This document shows, in pieces, positions 9,349 to 21,206 of a stretch of 64,000 nucleotides of DNA. The DNA is taken from contig CAVTHK010000010.1 of the NCBI GenBank assembly GCA_963734495.1, forward strand, positions 128,001-192,000. The letters are read 5' to 3'. Position 1 is the first letter of the stretch. Each line of letters begins with the position of its first letter. A model generated the notes under the pieces. That model did not search any database. It saw only the letters and a program-made list of their open reading frames with translations, and had not been told where the DNA came from. The position numbers and the translations under genes are program-made. The stretch comes from an uncultured Spirochaetota bacterium. Lineage in GTDB: Bacteria > Spirochaetota > Spirochaetia > SZUA-6 > CAVTHK01.

Positions 9349-11193
9349 ATGGACTGCGACGCCGTCGTCACGGGGGGAGGTCACGCGGGCATCGAGGCCG
9401 CGCTCGCCCTCGCGCGACTGGGTTTCCGGACGCTCCTGGTCACCCAGAACCTCGACACGATCGGCAAGCTCTCGTGCAACCCGGCGATCGGCGGCGTCGC
9501 GAAGGGCAACCTCGTCCGCGAGGTCGACGCGCTGGGCGGCGAGATGGCCAGGCTCGCGGACGCGACCATGATCCAGTTCCGGATCCTCAACCGCAGCCGG
9601 GGGCCCGCGGTCCAGGCCCCGCGCGCTCAGGCCGACAAGGCCGCGTACGCGGCTCTCGCCAAGCGCATCCTCGAGACCGAGCCGCGCCTCACGCTCTTCC
9701 AGGACACCGTGACCGACTTTATCCTCGACGCGTCGGGCCGCGAAGTCCGCGGCGTGCGCACGGAGCGGGGCCGCGAGATCGCGGCCTCGGCGGTCGTCGT
9801 GACGACGGGAACGTTCATGGAAGCCCGCCTCTTCGTCGGCGAGTACACGGCGCCGGGCGGCCGCCTGGGCGAGCCGCCGGCGACGGGGCTCGGGGCGAGC
9901 TTTCGACGGCTCGGCTTCGACGTCGGCCGGCTCAAGACGGGCACGCCCGCCCGGGTCCACCGCGCCTCGCTCGACCTCGGGCAGATGGCCGTGCAGAACG
10001 GGGACGAGCCGGCGGAGCCCTTTTCGTTCGCCGGCGACGGCATCGATCGGCCGTCCCTCCCCTGCTACGTCACCTACACCAGCGAGGCGACCCACCGCGT
10101 CATACGCGACAACCTGCACCGCTCTCCGCTCTACGGCGGGAAGATCACCGGGATCGGCCCGCGTTACTGCCCTTCGATCGAGGACAAGGTGGTCCGCTTT
10201 CCCGAGAGACCGCGCCACCAGGTGTTCGTCGAGCCCGAGGGGCTCGGCACCGACGAGATGTACCTGAACGGGCTCTCCACCTCCATGCCCGAGGACGTCC
10301 AGGAGGCCTTTGTGCGGACGGTGCCCGGCCTGGCGAGGGCGCAGATCCTGAGGCCCGGCTACGCCGTCGAGTACGACTACCTCAACCCCATCCAGCTGCT
10401 GCCGGACCTGCAGACCAAGCGCGTCCGCGGGTTGTTCGTGGCAGGCCAGACCAACGGCACTTCGGGCTACGAGGAAGCGGCCGCCCAGGGGCTCATGGCC
10501 GGCATCAACGCCGCTCGCTTCCTGCAGGCCGCGCCGCCGGTGATCCTCACGCGGGCGGAAGCCTATATCGGAGTTCTCATCGACGACCTGGTGACGCTCG
10601 GCACGGCTGAGCCCTACCGGATGTTCACGTCCCGGGCCGAGTACCGGCTTTCGCTGAGGCACGACACGGCGGACCTCCGCCTCACGCCGGTCGGCCGGCG
10701 TGTCGGGCTGCAGGGCGCGGCCGCCATGGAAGCGCTCGAGGGCAAGCGCCGCGGCCTCGCGGAGGTGCGCGAGCTGCTCGCGCGCAGGGCGGTGAGGCCG
10801 GCGGATGCGGAGCGCTTCCCCCTTCTCGCGGCGAGTCTCGGCCGCAGCTTCGAGCAGGTCCTGCGCCGGCCGGAAGTGACGGTCGAGCAGCTGCTCGCGC
10901 TCGAGGAGGGGCTCGCGGGCAGGCCGATCGCGCTGCTGCGGACCGCCGAGCTGGACCTCAAGTACGAGGGGTACGTGCGGCGGCAGGAAGAGGCGGTGCG
11001 GCGCTTTTCCGCCCACGAGTCGCGCATGATCCCTCAGGACTTCGACTACGACGCGGTCGCCGGTCTCTCGGCCGAAGCCCGTCAGAAGCTCAAGGTCGTG
11101 CGGCCGCGCTCCCTCGGGCAGGCGTCGCGCATCTCCGGCGTGCGCCGCTCCGACGTCGCCCTGCTGATGCTCCACCAGGGCGGGCGAAGGTAG
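9349..11193 (+). CDS. mnmG: tRNA uridine-5-carboxymethylaminomethyl(34) synthesis enzyme MnmG
   Basis: GGGHAGIEAA, SCNPAIGG, GPRYCPSIEDK, AGQTNGTSGYEEAAAQG, EPYRMFTSRAEYRL. Confidence 0.98.
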   Translation: MDCDAVVTGGGHAGIEAALALARLGFRTLLVTQNLDTIGKLSCNPAIGGVAKGNLVREVDALGGEMARLADATMIQFRILNRSRGPAVQAPRAQADKAAYAALAKRILETEPRLTLFQDTVTDFILDASGREVRGVRTERGREIAASAVVVTTGTFMEARLFVGEYTAPGGRLGEPPATGLGASFRRLGFDVGRLKTGTPARVHRASLDLGQMAVQNGDEPAEPFSFAGDGIDRPSLPCYVTYTSEATHRVIRDNLHRSPLYGGKITGIGPRYCPSIEDKVVRFPERPRHQVFVEPEGLGTDEMYLNGLSTSMPEDVQEAFVRTVPGLARAQILRPGYAVEYDYLNPIQLLPDLQTKRVRGLFVAGQTNGTSGYEEAAAQGLMAGINAARFLQAAPPVILTRAEAYIGVLIDDLVTLGTAEPYRMFTSRAEYRLSLRHDTADLRLTPVGRRVGLQGAAAMEALEGKRRGLAEVRELLARRAVRPADAERFPLLAASLGRSFEQVLRRPEVTVEQLLALEEGLAGRPIALLRTAELDLKYEGYVRRQEEAVRRFSAHESRMIPQDFDYDAVAGLSAEARQKLKVVRPRSLGQASRISGVRRSDVALLMLHQGGRR

Positions 11194-11823
11194 ATGGAAG
11201 GACTGCTCGAGCGGGGCCTCGCCCGCCTCGGCCTTCCGCGCTCGAGCCGCGAGACCGGCCTGCTGCGGGCCTACACCGACCAGATCGCGCTCTGGAACCG
11301 CAGGGCGAACCTCGTCCGCGCCGAAGGCGACGATCTCGTCGTCCGCCACCTGCTCGACTCCCTCGCGCCTGCGCGCCTCGTGGAGGCGCGGGCAGCCGGC
11401 GGCCCCGTGGCGGACGTCGGCTCCGGGGCCGGGCTTCCGGGCATCCCGCTGGCGATCGTGCTGCCCCTGCTGCGCTTCGCGCTGATCGAGCGCGCCGCGC
11501 TGCGGGCCGCCTTTCTGCGCGCCTGCGCCGCGGTGCTCGCCCTCGGCAACGTCGAAGTCCGCGAGGCCGACGTCGCGGGCGTCGCGGAGCTTACCTTCCC
11601 CCTGGTTGTCTTTCGCGCCTTTCGCCCCCTGGCCCGTGCCCTCAGGGAGGTCGCTCCCATCGTCGCCCGGGGGGGCGCCGTGGCTGCCTACGGGGGACGG
11701 CGGGAGCCGCTGCTTGCGGAGCTCCGCGACATTCCGCCGGAGTTCAGCCTGTCGGAGATCGTCCCCGTCGAAGTCCCCTTCCTCGAGGCCGAACGTCACC
11801 TGGTCGTCCTCGCGAGGAGGTGA
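11194..11823 (+). CDS. rsmG: 16S rRNA m7G527 methyltransferase RsmG
   Basis: RHLLDSL, DVGSGAGLPGIPLAI, VVFRAF, ERHLV; follows mnmG. Confidence 0.93.
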   Translation: MEGLLERGLARLGLPRSSRETGLLRAYTDQIALWNRRANLVRAEGDDLVVRHLLDSLAPARLVEARAAGGPVADVGSGAGLPGIPLAIVLPLLRFALIERAALRAAFLRACAAVLALGNVEVREADVAGVAELTFPLVVFRAFRPLARALREVAPIVARGGAVAAYGGRREPLLAELRDIPPEFSLSEIVPVEVPFLEAERHLVVLARR

Positions 11824-11870
11824 AGGGGCGCAGGGAGACGCGAACGCGTGGGGGTCAAACTGCCGAAACA

Positions 11871-11899
11871 TTGACAAAGAGTGAGCGCGAAGTTACGAT
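11871..11899 (+). promoter_or_regulatory. sigma70 promoter of the LysM/Slt genes
   Basis: TTGACA (11871-76), 17 nt, TACGAT (11894-99); SD AGGAGG before TTG 11927. Confidence 0.75.
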
Positions 11900-11926
11900 T
11901 CTTCTGTATCGGAAACAGGAGGCACC

Positions 11927-12874
11927 TTGAGCAGCGAATCGATCGGGATAAAGATCGCTGACGGCACGTTTTACCCGGTTGTCGAGAAGGGCTTTCAGGG
12001 TCGCAAGAGACTGGTCGTCACCACCGTCAGGGACAACCAGAGCAACGTCCAGATCGACTTCTACCGCAGCGCGACGGCGAGCGTCGAGGAGCGCGGCTAC
12101 ATCGGGAGCCTCCTCATAGAGAACCTGCAGCCCGGCCCCAAGGGCGACCCCGAAATCGAGGTCCTCGTCGGCCTCGACGACACCGGCAATCTCAGCGCCG
12201 AGGCGCGCGACAAAAAGACAGGCGAGCGGCAGACGCTTTCCGTGAGCAAGACCAGCCTCGCGGAGGGGCAGACGTACGCCGTGCCGGACGCGGAGCTCGA
12301 GGAGAAGGTCGACGCCGAGCTCGAGAAGACCGACGAGCTGATCACGGGCGAGTCCTACCCGATCCAGCAGCAGGACCGGCGCCGCACCTACATGGTCCGC
12401 AAGCGAAACCCGCTGCTGCTCGTGCTCTTCCTGCTGCTGTGCCTCGTGGTCGTGGCCGGCGCCGCATGGTACGTCTACCAGTACCTGACGTCGCAGCCCT
12501 CGGAGACCACGGGGGACGCGGGCTCGATCGCGGCGGCCCAGCAGGCGGCGCCGCCCGGGCCCCCTGTGAGCGCGCCCGCCGCCGCGCCGGCCGCCCCTGC
12601 GCCCCCGCCCGCCGCCGCCCCGCCCCCCGCGCCCGCGCCCGCCGCTGCGGCCCCCGCCCCGGCGGCGCCGGCCCCGAAAGCGCAGGCCCCCGCCGCCTCG
12701 TCGGGCGACGGCGTGTGGTACACGATCAAGTGGGGCGACACGCTCTGGGACATCTCCGCCGCCTACTACCGCAACCCGTGGTTCTACCCCCGGATAGCCC
12801 GCCATCCCAGCAACAACATCAAGAATCCGGACCGCATCCTTGCCGGCTTCAAGCTCTTCATCCCGCGCGACTAG
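11927..12874 (+). CDS. membrane protein: Hsp70 substrate-binding-like domain, TM helix, Pro/Ala linker, LysM
   Basis: N-terminus aligns by eye with the DnaK SBD-beta (TTVRDNQSNVQI...PGPKGDPEIEV...ARDKKTGERQ); TM LLLVLFLLLCLVVVAGAAW; LysM YTIKWGDTLWDISAAYY...IKNPDRILAGFKLFIP. Confidence 0.85.
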   Translation: MSSESIGIKIADGTFYPVVEKGFQGRKRLVVTTVRDNQSNVQIDFYRSATASVEERGYIGSLLIENLQPGPKGDPEIEVLVGLDDTGNLSAEARDKKTGERQTLSVSKTSLAEGQTYAVPDAELEEKVDAELEKTDELITGESYPIQQQDRRRTYMVRKRNPLLLVLFLLLCLVVVAGAAWYVYQYLTSQPSETTGDAGSIAAAQQAAPPGPPVSAPAAAPAAPAPPPAAAPPPAPAPAAAAPAPAAPAPKAQAPAASSGDGVWYTIKWGDTLWDISAAYYRNPWFYPRIARHPSNNIKNPDRILAGFKLFIPRD

Positions 12875-12914
12875 ACCGGCCGCGGTCCGCCGCGGCCAGA
12901 CGACCTGCAGGCGC

Positions 12915-15047
12915 GTGAGCATCGGCCTGCCGAAGGCCAGACAGGCGACCGGCCTCGCGCTCCTCGCTCTGAGCGTCCTCGTCGTCCCTTCCTGCAGCTC
13001 CCTGGAGATCTGGGGCCGCAAGGCCGAAGAGGTGCGCCGCCTCCTGGCGAGCGGCGACCACTCGTTTCTCCGCGACGTGGACTTCGACAAGAACCGCGTC
13101 CAGGAGGCCCTCGATCTCGGCGAAGGCGCCCCCTACTGCCTGGCCCTCGCCTTCCGGTCGCTGGGGCTCGAGCCGCAGGCGACGCAGCTCCTGCGCCTGC
13201 AGATCGCGCAGGACGACGGCGTCTGGAGCTCGCTCGCGCTGCCGCCTCTGCTGGACGCGCTCCTCGACCAGGAGGACTACGACACGGCAGCCCGGCTCGC
13301 GGCCGACCACCTCGCCGACCCTTCGGAGCTCATCGACCGCGACCTCGTGCGCAAGGCCATCGTCGAGGCGCGCTACTGGCAGAAGGACGACCGTGCCACG
13401 CTGGCCGCGCTCGCGGCCTACTTCCCGTCGGGCCGTTCGAGCGCCCGGCCGGAGATCGACGCCGAGCTGGCGCTGTTCAGGGCGGTGGCTTCGTCGCGCG
13501 CCGGAACGGACGGGTGGCCCGAGCTCTTCCTCCGGCTTTGCCTCGAGCAGCCGGCTTCGACCATCCACGTGCGGGCCGAGCAGTTCCTCGAGAGGACGGA
13601 GGCGGTCCGCTCCGCGCTGCCCGCGATCACGGCCGCCCTCATCGACGCCAAGGCCGCCGTCGCCTCCGGCCAGCCCGGGAGAGCGCTGGGCGGCCTCGAA
13701 GCGGGGATAGGCGCCCTCTCCGGCCGGGCACCCGCGCTGCTCATCCGCGAAAGCGCCGCTGCGTATCTCGCGGCGGGCGAGGCGGGCAGGGGCGCGCGTT
13801 TCTTCTCGACCGCTGCGCGGGGCCTCGCCGGCGACGCGCGCCTTGCGGCGCTCGAAGCCGCGGGCCGCCTGTACCGCGCCATGGGGGCCGGCGGCGATGC
13901 GGCCGCGGCGTACGCGGCGGTCGCCGACACGACCGCGGACCCCGGGCAGCACGACCGCGCCCTGTGGTATCTCGCGGACATCGCGGGCAGGGGCCCGACC
14001 CGCGCCGCGCTCGCCGAGCTGCTGCGGGGGCTGCCGGCCTGGCACGATCCCGCCTACTTCGACGACCTGATCGACGCCCTTGCCACGCGGCTGCTCGCGG
14101 ACGGCGACGTCGCGGGCCTCAAGACGCTCTTCACGGCGGTTTCCGGTCTGGAAGTGCCGTCGCGGATCAGGATCTACTACATCCTCCACCGCCTCGGCGT
14201 CCGGGACCTGGAGCCGTCGGACGCGATGCTCGCCGCGGGGACGACGACCGTCATGGAGGACTACTACCGGCTGCTCCTGGACGCCGGCCCTCCTGCCGCG
14301 GACAGCCCTCCGCCGGACAAGGAGGGAGCGCTGGACTTCGTCGTGTCCCGGATGCTCGACTTCGGGCTCTACGACGAGGCGACGGATCTGGCCGACAAGG
14401 GCGACGGCAAGGTGAGCCGGGCCGCCCGGCTCGAGGCCTCGCGCCGCCTCATCGGGACCTCCCGCTACCGGGACGCGATCAGCCTCGCGGGAAGCGGTTA
14501 CCCGTGGGACGAGCCCGGCAGGGAGGCCGCGCTCGTCGCTTACCCGCGGCCTTACGAGCGGGAGATCCGCGACCTCGCCCGCCGCGAGAAGATGGACGAA
14601 GGGCTCCTGTTCGCCATCGCCCGCGAGGAGAGCGCCTTCGACCCGCAGATCCTCTCGGCCGCGGGCGCCGTCGGGCTCACGCAGCTTCTGCCGTCCACGG
14701 CCGAGGAGGAGGCGCGCCGGATGCGGATGCGCGCCTACGATCTGCGCGCCGCCTCGGACAACCTCTCGATCGGCTTCCACTACCTCGGCCGGCTCGTCAA
14801 GCTGCAGGAGAGCCTTCCCCTCGGCCTCGCCGCCTACAACGCGGGGCTCACCAGGATCCGGGAATGGAAGCGGCAGTACGCGAACCTTCCCCTGGACCTC
14901 GTCTTCGAGGCCATCCCGTTCGAGGAGACGCGCCACTACCTGCGCAAGGTCTTCGTTTCCACGGCGATCTACGACGTCCTCTACGAGAAGGGCTCGCCCC
15001 GCAGGACCACCGAGATGTTCTTCCCGGAGGCGGCGGCGCCGCGGTGA
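12915..15047 (+). CDS. Slt-family lytic transglycosylase, probable lipoprotein
   Basis: Hydrophobic N-terminus with VPSC; helical repeats; C-terminal AIAREES, GAVGLTQLLPST, AAYNAG, IPFEETRHY. Confidence 0.9.
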   Translation: MSIGLPKARQATGLALLALSVLVVPSCSSLEIWGRKAEEVRRLLASGDHSFLRDVDFDKNRVQEALDLGEGAPYCLALAFRSLGLEPQATQLLRLQIAQDDGVWSSLALPPLLDALLDQEDYDTAARLAADHLADPSELIDRDLVRKAIVEARYWQKDDRATLAALAAYFPSGRSSARPEIDAELALFRAVASSRAGTDGWPELFLRLCLEQPASTIHVRAEQFLERTEAVRSALPAITAALIDAKAAVASGQPGRALGGLEAGIGALSGRAPALLIRESAAAYLAAGEAGRGARFFSTAARGLAGDARLAALEAAGRLYRAMGAGGDAAAAYAAVADTTADPGQHDRALWYLADIAGRGPTRAALAELLRGLPAWHDPAYFDDLIDALATRLLADGDVAGLKTLFTAVSGLEVPSRIRIYYILHRLGVRDLEPSDAMLAAGTTTVMEDYYRLLLDAGPPAADSPPPDKEGALDFVVSRMLDFGLYDEATDLADKGDGKVSRAARLEASRRLIGTSRYRDAISLAGSGYPWDEPGREAALVAYPRPYEREIRDLARREKMDEGLLFAIAREESAFDPQILSAAGAVGLTQLLPSTAEEEARRMRMRAYDLRAASDNLSIGFHYLGRLVKLQESLPLGLAAYNAGLTRIREWKRQYANLPLDLVFEAIPFEETRHYLRKVFVSTAIYDVLYEKGSPRRTTEMFFPEAAAPR

Positions 15048-15089
15048 GCGGTCTGGACAGCCGCCGCCCCTCGGATAGAATCCTAGAGA

Positions 15090-15833
15090 ATGAAGGCGCC
15101 CGCCACGGCGACCCTCCTGCTTGCAGCTGCCCTCGCCTTCGCGCCCTGGGATCCGCTCGCGGCCCAGTCCAGCGCCGACACGCCGGCGCAGAAGCGGGCG
15201 CGCGCGCAGATGGTGGAGCAGCAGATCGCCGGGCGCGGCGTGCGAGACCCGAAGGTCCTCGACGCGATGCGCAGGGTCGTCCGCCACGCCTTCGTGCCGC
15301 CCGAATCCCGGGACCGCGCCTACAATGACTATCCCCTGCCGATCGGTGAAGGTCAGACCATCTCGCAGCCGTACATCGTCGCGCTGATGACCGAGCTGCT
15401 GGGCGTCGAGCCGGGCGATCGCGTGCTGGAGATCGGCACCGGGAGCGGATACCAGGCGGCGATCCTGGCCGCCCTCGGCGCGGAGGTCTGCACCATCGAG
15501 ATCAAGGCCGCGCTGTTCGACAGCGCCGCCGCCAGGCTGCGGGAGGAGGGCTGGACTTCGGTGCGCACGCGGCACGGCGACGGGTACTACGGATGGCCGG
15601 AGGCGGCGCCCTTTCGCGGCATCATGATCACCGCCGCGGTCGACCACATCCCCCCGCCGCTGCTCGCGCAGCTCGCGCCGGGCGGGAGGATGGTGCTGCC
15701 GCTGGGCAGCCCGTACGGCTTTATGGGCCAGACGCTCGTGATCGTCTCCCGCGCCGGCGACGACTTCACGGTCCGCGAAGTCCTCGGGGTGCGCTTCGTG
15801 CCCATGACCGGCCGCGCGGAACAGGGCCGATGA
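15090..15833 (+). CDS. pcm: protein-L-isoaspartate O-methyltransferase with signal-peptide-like N-terminus
   Basis: LPIGEGQTISQPY, VLEIGTGSGYQAA, GDGYYGWPEAAPF, VRFVPM. Confidence 0.93.
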   Translation: MKAPATATLLLAAALAFAPWDPLAAQSSADTPAQKRARAQMVEQQIAGRGVRDPKVLDAMRRVVRHAFVPPESRDRAYNDYPLPIGEGQTISQPYIVALMTELLGVEPGDRVLEIGTGSGYQAAILAALGAEVCTIEIKAALFDSAAARLREEGWTSVRTRHGDGYYGWPEAAPFRGIMITAAVDHIPPPLLAQLAPGGRMVLPLGSPYGFMGQTLVIVSRAGDDFTVREVLGVRFVPMTGRAEQGR

Positions 15834-18241
15834 CGCTGCTCTCGGTCTTCGCGTCGTCCGCGGCCGCGCTTTCGTTCGAGGTCCTGCTCACGCGCCTCTT
15901 CGCCATCACGCAGTGGAACCACCTGTCGTTCATGGTGATCAGCATCGCGATGCTCGGCTTTGCGGCCGGGGGGATCGTGGTCTCGGCGGGCGCGGGCCGC
16001 GGCGCCGCTCTGTTCCCGCTCGCGCTGGCCCTGCTTCCGGCCGGGCTCCTCCTCGGGTTCCAGGTCGCGGCGCGCGCGAGGCTCGACTACTTCCAGCTCG
16101 CCGTCGACCCGGGCCAGCTCCTGCGCCTGGCCGGGCTCTTCGTGGCGCTCGCGTGCCCGTTCGTGCTGGCCGGCCTCGTGACCGCGCTCGCCTACTCGGG
16201 CCTGCCGCCCGCAAGGGTCTACCTCGCGTCGATGGCGGGTTCGGCGCTCGGCGCGGTCCTGCCCGCGGCGCTGCTGCCCGCGGCCGGGCTTGCCCGCGCC
16301 TTTGTGGTGGTCGCCCTGCTCCCGGTCGGCCCGGCCCTCGCGGTGATGCGAGGCGCGAGCGGATCGAAGCCGCGGTGGGGCATCCTCGCGGCCACGGCCG
16401 CGCCCATCCCCGTGGCGGCGGTCCTGCTCGTGTTTCCGGGCCTCGTCGAGGTGCGGCCGAACGAGTACAAGGCGTACAGTCACTACACGAAGATGGCGGG
16501 AGTCACCGCGATCTCGCGCACCGAGAACCTGCGCGCCCGCTACGACGAGCTGGGGGGCGACCCCATCCGGTTCGCTCCGGGCCTCAGCCTGCGCTACACC
16601 GAGCGGCTGCCGGTCGAGCGGCTGATCCTGGAGGACGGCGACAGGCGTCACGTCCTCCCCGACCCGGACGACCCGCTCGCCGATGCGTTCGCCCGCTCGC
16701 TGCTCGCCTCGGGGGCGTACCTGCTGCCGCAGCGCCTCGACCGCGTGCTCATTCTCCACGCCGACGGCGGAGTCGCCGCCATGACGGCGCGGGCCGCGGG
16801 CGCGGGCAGCATCGACCTGCTCACCGACCAGCCGTACCTGGCGCGCCGATTCGCCGCCCACTACGGAAGCCGCCTGAACCGCGTGATCTGCGCCTCGGCC
16901 CGCGCATTCCTCGCGGCCCCGGGCGACCTCTACGACCTGATCCAGGTCGAGTCCTGGGGCACGCAGCTCCCCGCGATGGCGAGCCTCGTCGAGGACCACT
17001 GGCTCACCGTGGAGGCCGTGCGGTCGATGCTCTCGCGCCTCGCGCCGGGCGGAATCCTCTCCTTCAACCGCGCGCTGGACCTTCCCCCGAACGACCTGCT
17101 GCGCCTGCTCAACACCACGTGGAAGGCGCTCGGAGGGATCGTCCCGGAGTGGCATACGGCCGCGTTCCGCAGCTGGGACAGCCTCCTCCTCGTCGTCTCG
17201 CCCGAGCCGCTGAGCGACGCAGCCCGGGCGCGGATGCTCGCCTTCGCGGACCGGATGCGCTTCGATCCTGTGCAGATGCAGGGCGTGACCGCCGAGCAGG
17301 CGAACCGGTACAACCAGATGGCGCGGCCTTACCATTTCGAGGCGGCCCGGGCGCTCGCGGCAGGGACGCTGGACCCCGCCTCGCCGTTCGACGTCTCCGC
17401 CCTGACGGACACGCGGCCGTTCCCGTACCACTACCTCCGCTGGTGGCGGCTGCCCTCGGCCTGGCGCGCGCTCGCCGATCGGCTGTACAGCCTCGCGCTC
17501 TCGGGCGAGGTCATGCTGCTGCTCGTGCTGGCGACGGCCGTCTCGCTGTCTGCGCTCATCCTGCTCGTCCCGGCCGTGCTTGCGCGCGGCAAGGCGAGCG
17601 CCCGCCCCGGCGGACGAGAGGGTGACAGTCCCTTCCCCATCACGTTCTTTCTGGCGATCGGGGCCGGATACATGCTGTTCGAGCTGGGATGGCTTGCCGC
17701 GCTGGGGTTGCTGCTGGAGAACCCGTCGCTCGCCTTCGCGGCGGGGGCGGGCGGGCTGCTGCTCGCCTCGGGCGCGGGAGGCATCGTCGGCGCGCGGACG
17801 CAGCGGCTGCTGCTGAGCCTCGCCGCGGCCGCGGCCGCCGGCATCGGCCTCGCGGGCGCCCTTGCGGTCGCGACGCCCTGGCTGCTGCCGCTGCCGCCGT
17901 GGCCGCGCGCGGCGATTGCTGCCGCGGCGCTCCTCCCCTGCGGTTTCGTGCTCGGGATGCCGTTCCCGCTGGGGCTCCGCCGGCGCGAGGCGCGCCCCGG
18001 CCGCGGCGGCCTCGCCTACGCCTGGGCCGCCAACGGCGCGAGCAGCGTCGTGGCGTCGGTCCTCGCGCCGTTCGTGTCGATGAGCTGGGGAACTCCGATG
18101 CTCTTCGCCTGCGCGGGCGCGTTCTATGCCGTCGCCCTCGCCGCGGCGGATCTGGCCCGGACCCGCGCGCACCCGCAAGGAGGCGAGGAGGCCGCGGGGC
18201 GCCTTCCTTCTAAAACAGATGCCCCATCTGGCTCTTCTTGA
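15830..18241 (+). CDS. polytopic membrane protein with a central spermidine-synthase/SAM-methyltransferase-like domain
   Basis: ATGA overlap with pcm; FEVLLTRLF, FMVISIAMLG, YDLIQV, LTVEAVRSMLSRLAPGGIL, LTDTRPF, GMPFPLGL, YAWAANGASSV. Confidence 0.8.
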   Translation: MTLLSVFASSAAALSFEVLLTRLFAITQWNHLSFMVISIAMLGFAAGGIVVSAGAGRGAALFPLALALLPAGLLLGFQVAARARLDYFQLAVDPGQLLRLAGLFVALACPFVLAGLVTALAYSGLPPARVYLASMAGSALGAVLPAALLPAAGLARAFVVVALLPVGPALAVMRGASGSKPRWGILAATAAPIPVAAVLLVFPGLVEVRPNEYKAYSHYTKMAGVTAISRTENLRARYDELGGDPIRFAPGLSLRYTERLPVERLILEDGDRRHVLPDPDDPLADAFARSLLASGAYLLPQRLDRVLILHADGGVAAMTARAAGAGSIDLLTDQPYLARRFAAHYGSRLNRVICASARAFLAAPGDLYDLIQVESWGTQLPAMASLVEDHWLTVEAVRSMLSRLAPGGILSFNRALDLPPNDLLRLLNTTWKALGGIVPEWHTAAFRSWDSLLLVVSPEPLSDAARARMLAFADRMRFDPVQMQGVTAEQANRYNQMARPYHFEAARALAAGTLDPASPFDVSALTDTRPFPYHYLRWWRLPSAWRALADRLYSLALSGEVMLLLVLATAVSLSALILLVPAVLARGKASARPGGREGDSPFPITFFLAIGAGYMLFELGWLAALGLLLENPSLAFAAGAGGLLLASGAGGIVGARTQRLLLSLAAAAAAGIGLAGALAVATPWLLPLPPWPRAAIAAAALLPCGFVLGMPFPLGLRRREARPGRGGLAYAWAANGASSVVASVLAPFVSMSWGTPMLFACAGAFYAVALAAADLARTRAHPQGGEEAAGRLPSKTDAPSGSS

Positions 18242-18929
18242 CGTGCAGGTAATCCGCGTTGTACGGGTTCGCCCTGATCACGAGCGGGACGCGGCCGCTC
18301 ACGAGCACGCCTTCGTGCTCGAGCCCGTCGATCTTTGCGGGGTTGTTCGTGAGGAGAAGCACGCTGCGGATCCCCAGCAGCCCGATGATCCTCGCCGCCA
18401 CCTTGTAGTCGCGCGCGTCTTCGGGGAAACCGAGGTACAGGTTCGCCTCGATGGTGTCGAGCCCGAGGTCCTGCAGCTGGTACGCCTTGAGCTTGTTCAG
18501 CAGCCCGATCCCGCGGCCTTCCTGCTTCATGTAGATGACGACCCCGAACGGCTGCGAGCCGACGTAGCGCAGGGCGGCTTCGAGCTGCTCGCGGCAGTCG
18601 CACCGCAGGGACCCGAGCACGTCGCCGGTGTGGCACTCGGAGTGGATGCGCAGCGGGCAGTCCGCCGCGCCGCGCACGTCGCCCTTGATGATGGCGGTGT
18701 GCTCCTTGCACTCCCGCCCGTCGTAGAAGCCCACGATCACGAACCGCCCGTAGCGAGTCGGAAGCTGCGCGCGCGCCACCTCGACCACGCACAATTCCCC
18801 GCCGTCGGTCTCGTCGTCGCTCGGGCAGTACTCGTCGTCGTCCACGAAACTGGGGCTCCCGCGGAGCTTGCCGGCGAGACGCGCCCGCAGCGCTGCCACG
18901 CCGTCGGTGCCGCCTGCTGTGTGCTTCAT
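18210..18929 (-). CDS. ribA: GTP cyclohydrolase II (stand-alone)
   Basis: LPTRYGRF, RIHSECHTGDVLGSLRCDC, QEGRGIGLLNKLKAYQLQD, LLTNNPAK. Confidence 0.96.
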   Translation of the reverse strand: MKHTAGGTDGVAALRARLAGKLRGSPSFVDDDEYCPSDDETDGGELCVVEVARAQLPTRYGRFVIVGFYDGRECKEHTAIIKGDVRGAADCPLRIHSECHTGDVLGSLRCDCREQLEAALRYVGSQPFGVVIYMKQEGRGIGLLNKLKAYQLQDLGLDTIEANLYLGFPEDARDYKVAARIIGLLGIRSVLLLTNNPAKIDGLEHEGVLVSGRVPLVIRANPYNADYLHVKKSQMGHLF

Positions 18930-18936
18930 CCCGGCA

Positions 18937-18965
18937 AAGATAGCCGCCCCCCGACGGGGCGTCAA
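18937..18965 (-). promoter_or_regulatory. sigma70 promoter of ribA, probably leaderless
   Basis: Minus strand TTGACG (18965-60), 17 nt, TATCTT (18942-37), 7 nt, ATG 18929. Confidence 0.7.
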
Positions 18966-19108
18966 ATCACGCCCCCCGCGGGCGCCTCGCGCCGCGCCGC
19001 CCCCGCGCTCGCCCTGCTCGCCGCGCACCTTGACTTTGACGCCCCGATTCAACTATTTTGTGGCGTCCCACTTTTCCCTCCTTGTCAATCCGACATCGGG
19101 AGTGCTCA

Positions 19109-21181
<2,073 letters not shown>

Positions 21182-21206
21182 AAAAAAGCAGCGGGAGGAA
21201 AAGGCC

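Noticed and set aside
12540..12700. GC-rich repetitive tract
   Set aside because: Encodes the Pro/Ala linker of the LysM protein; not an independent repeat element
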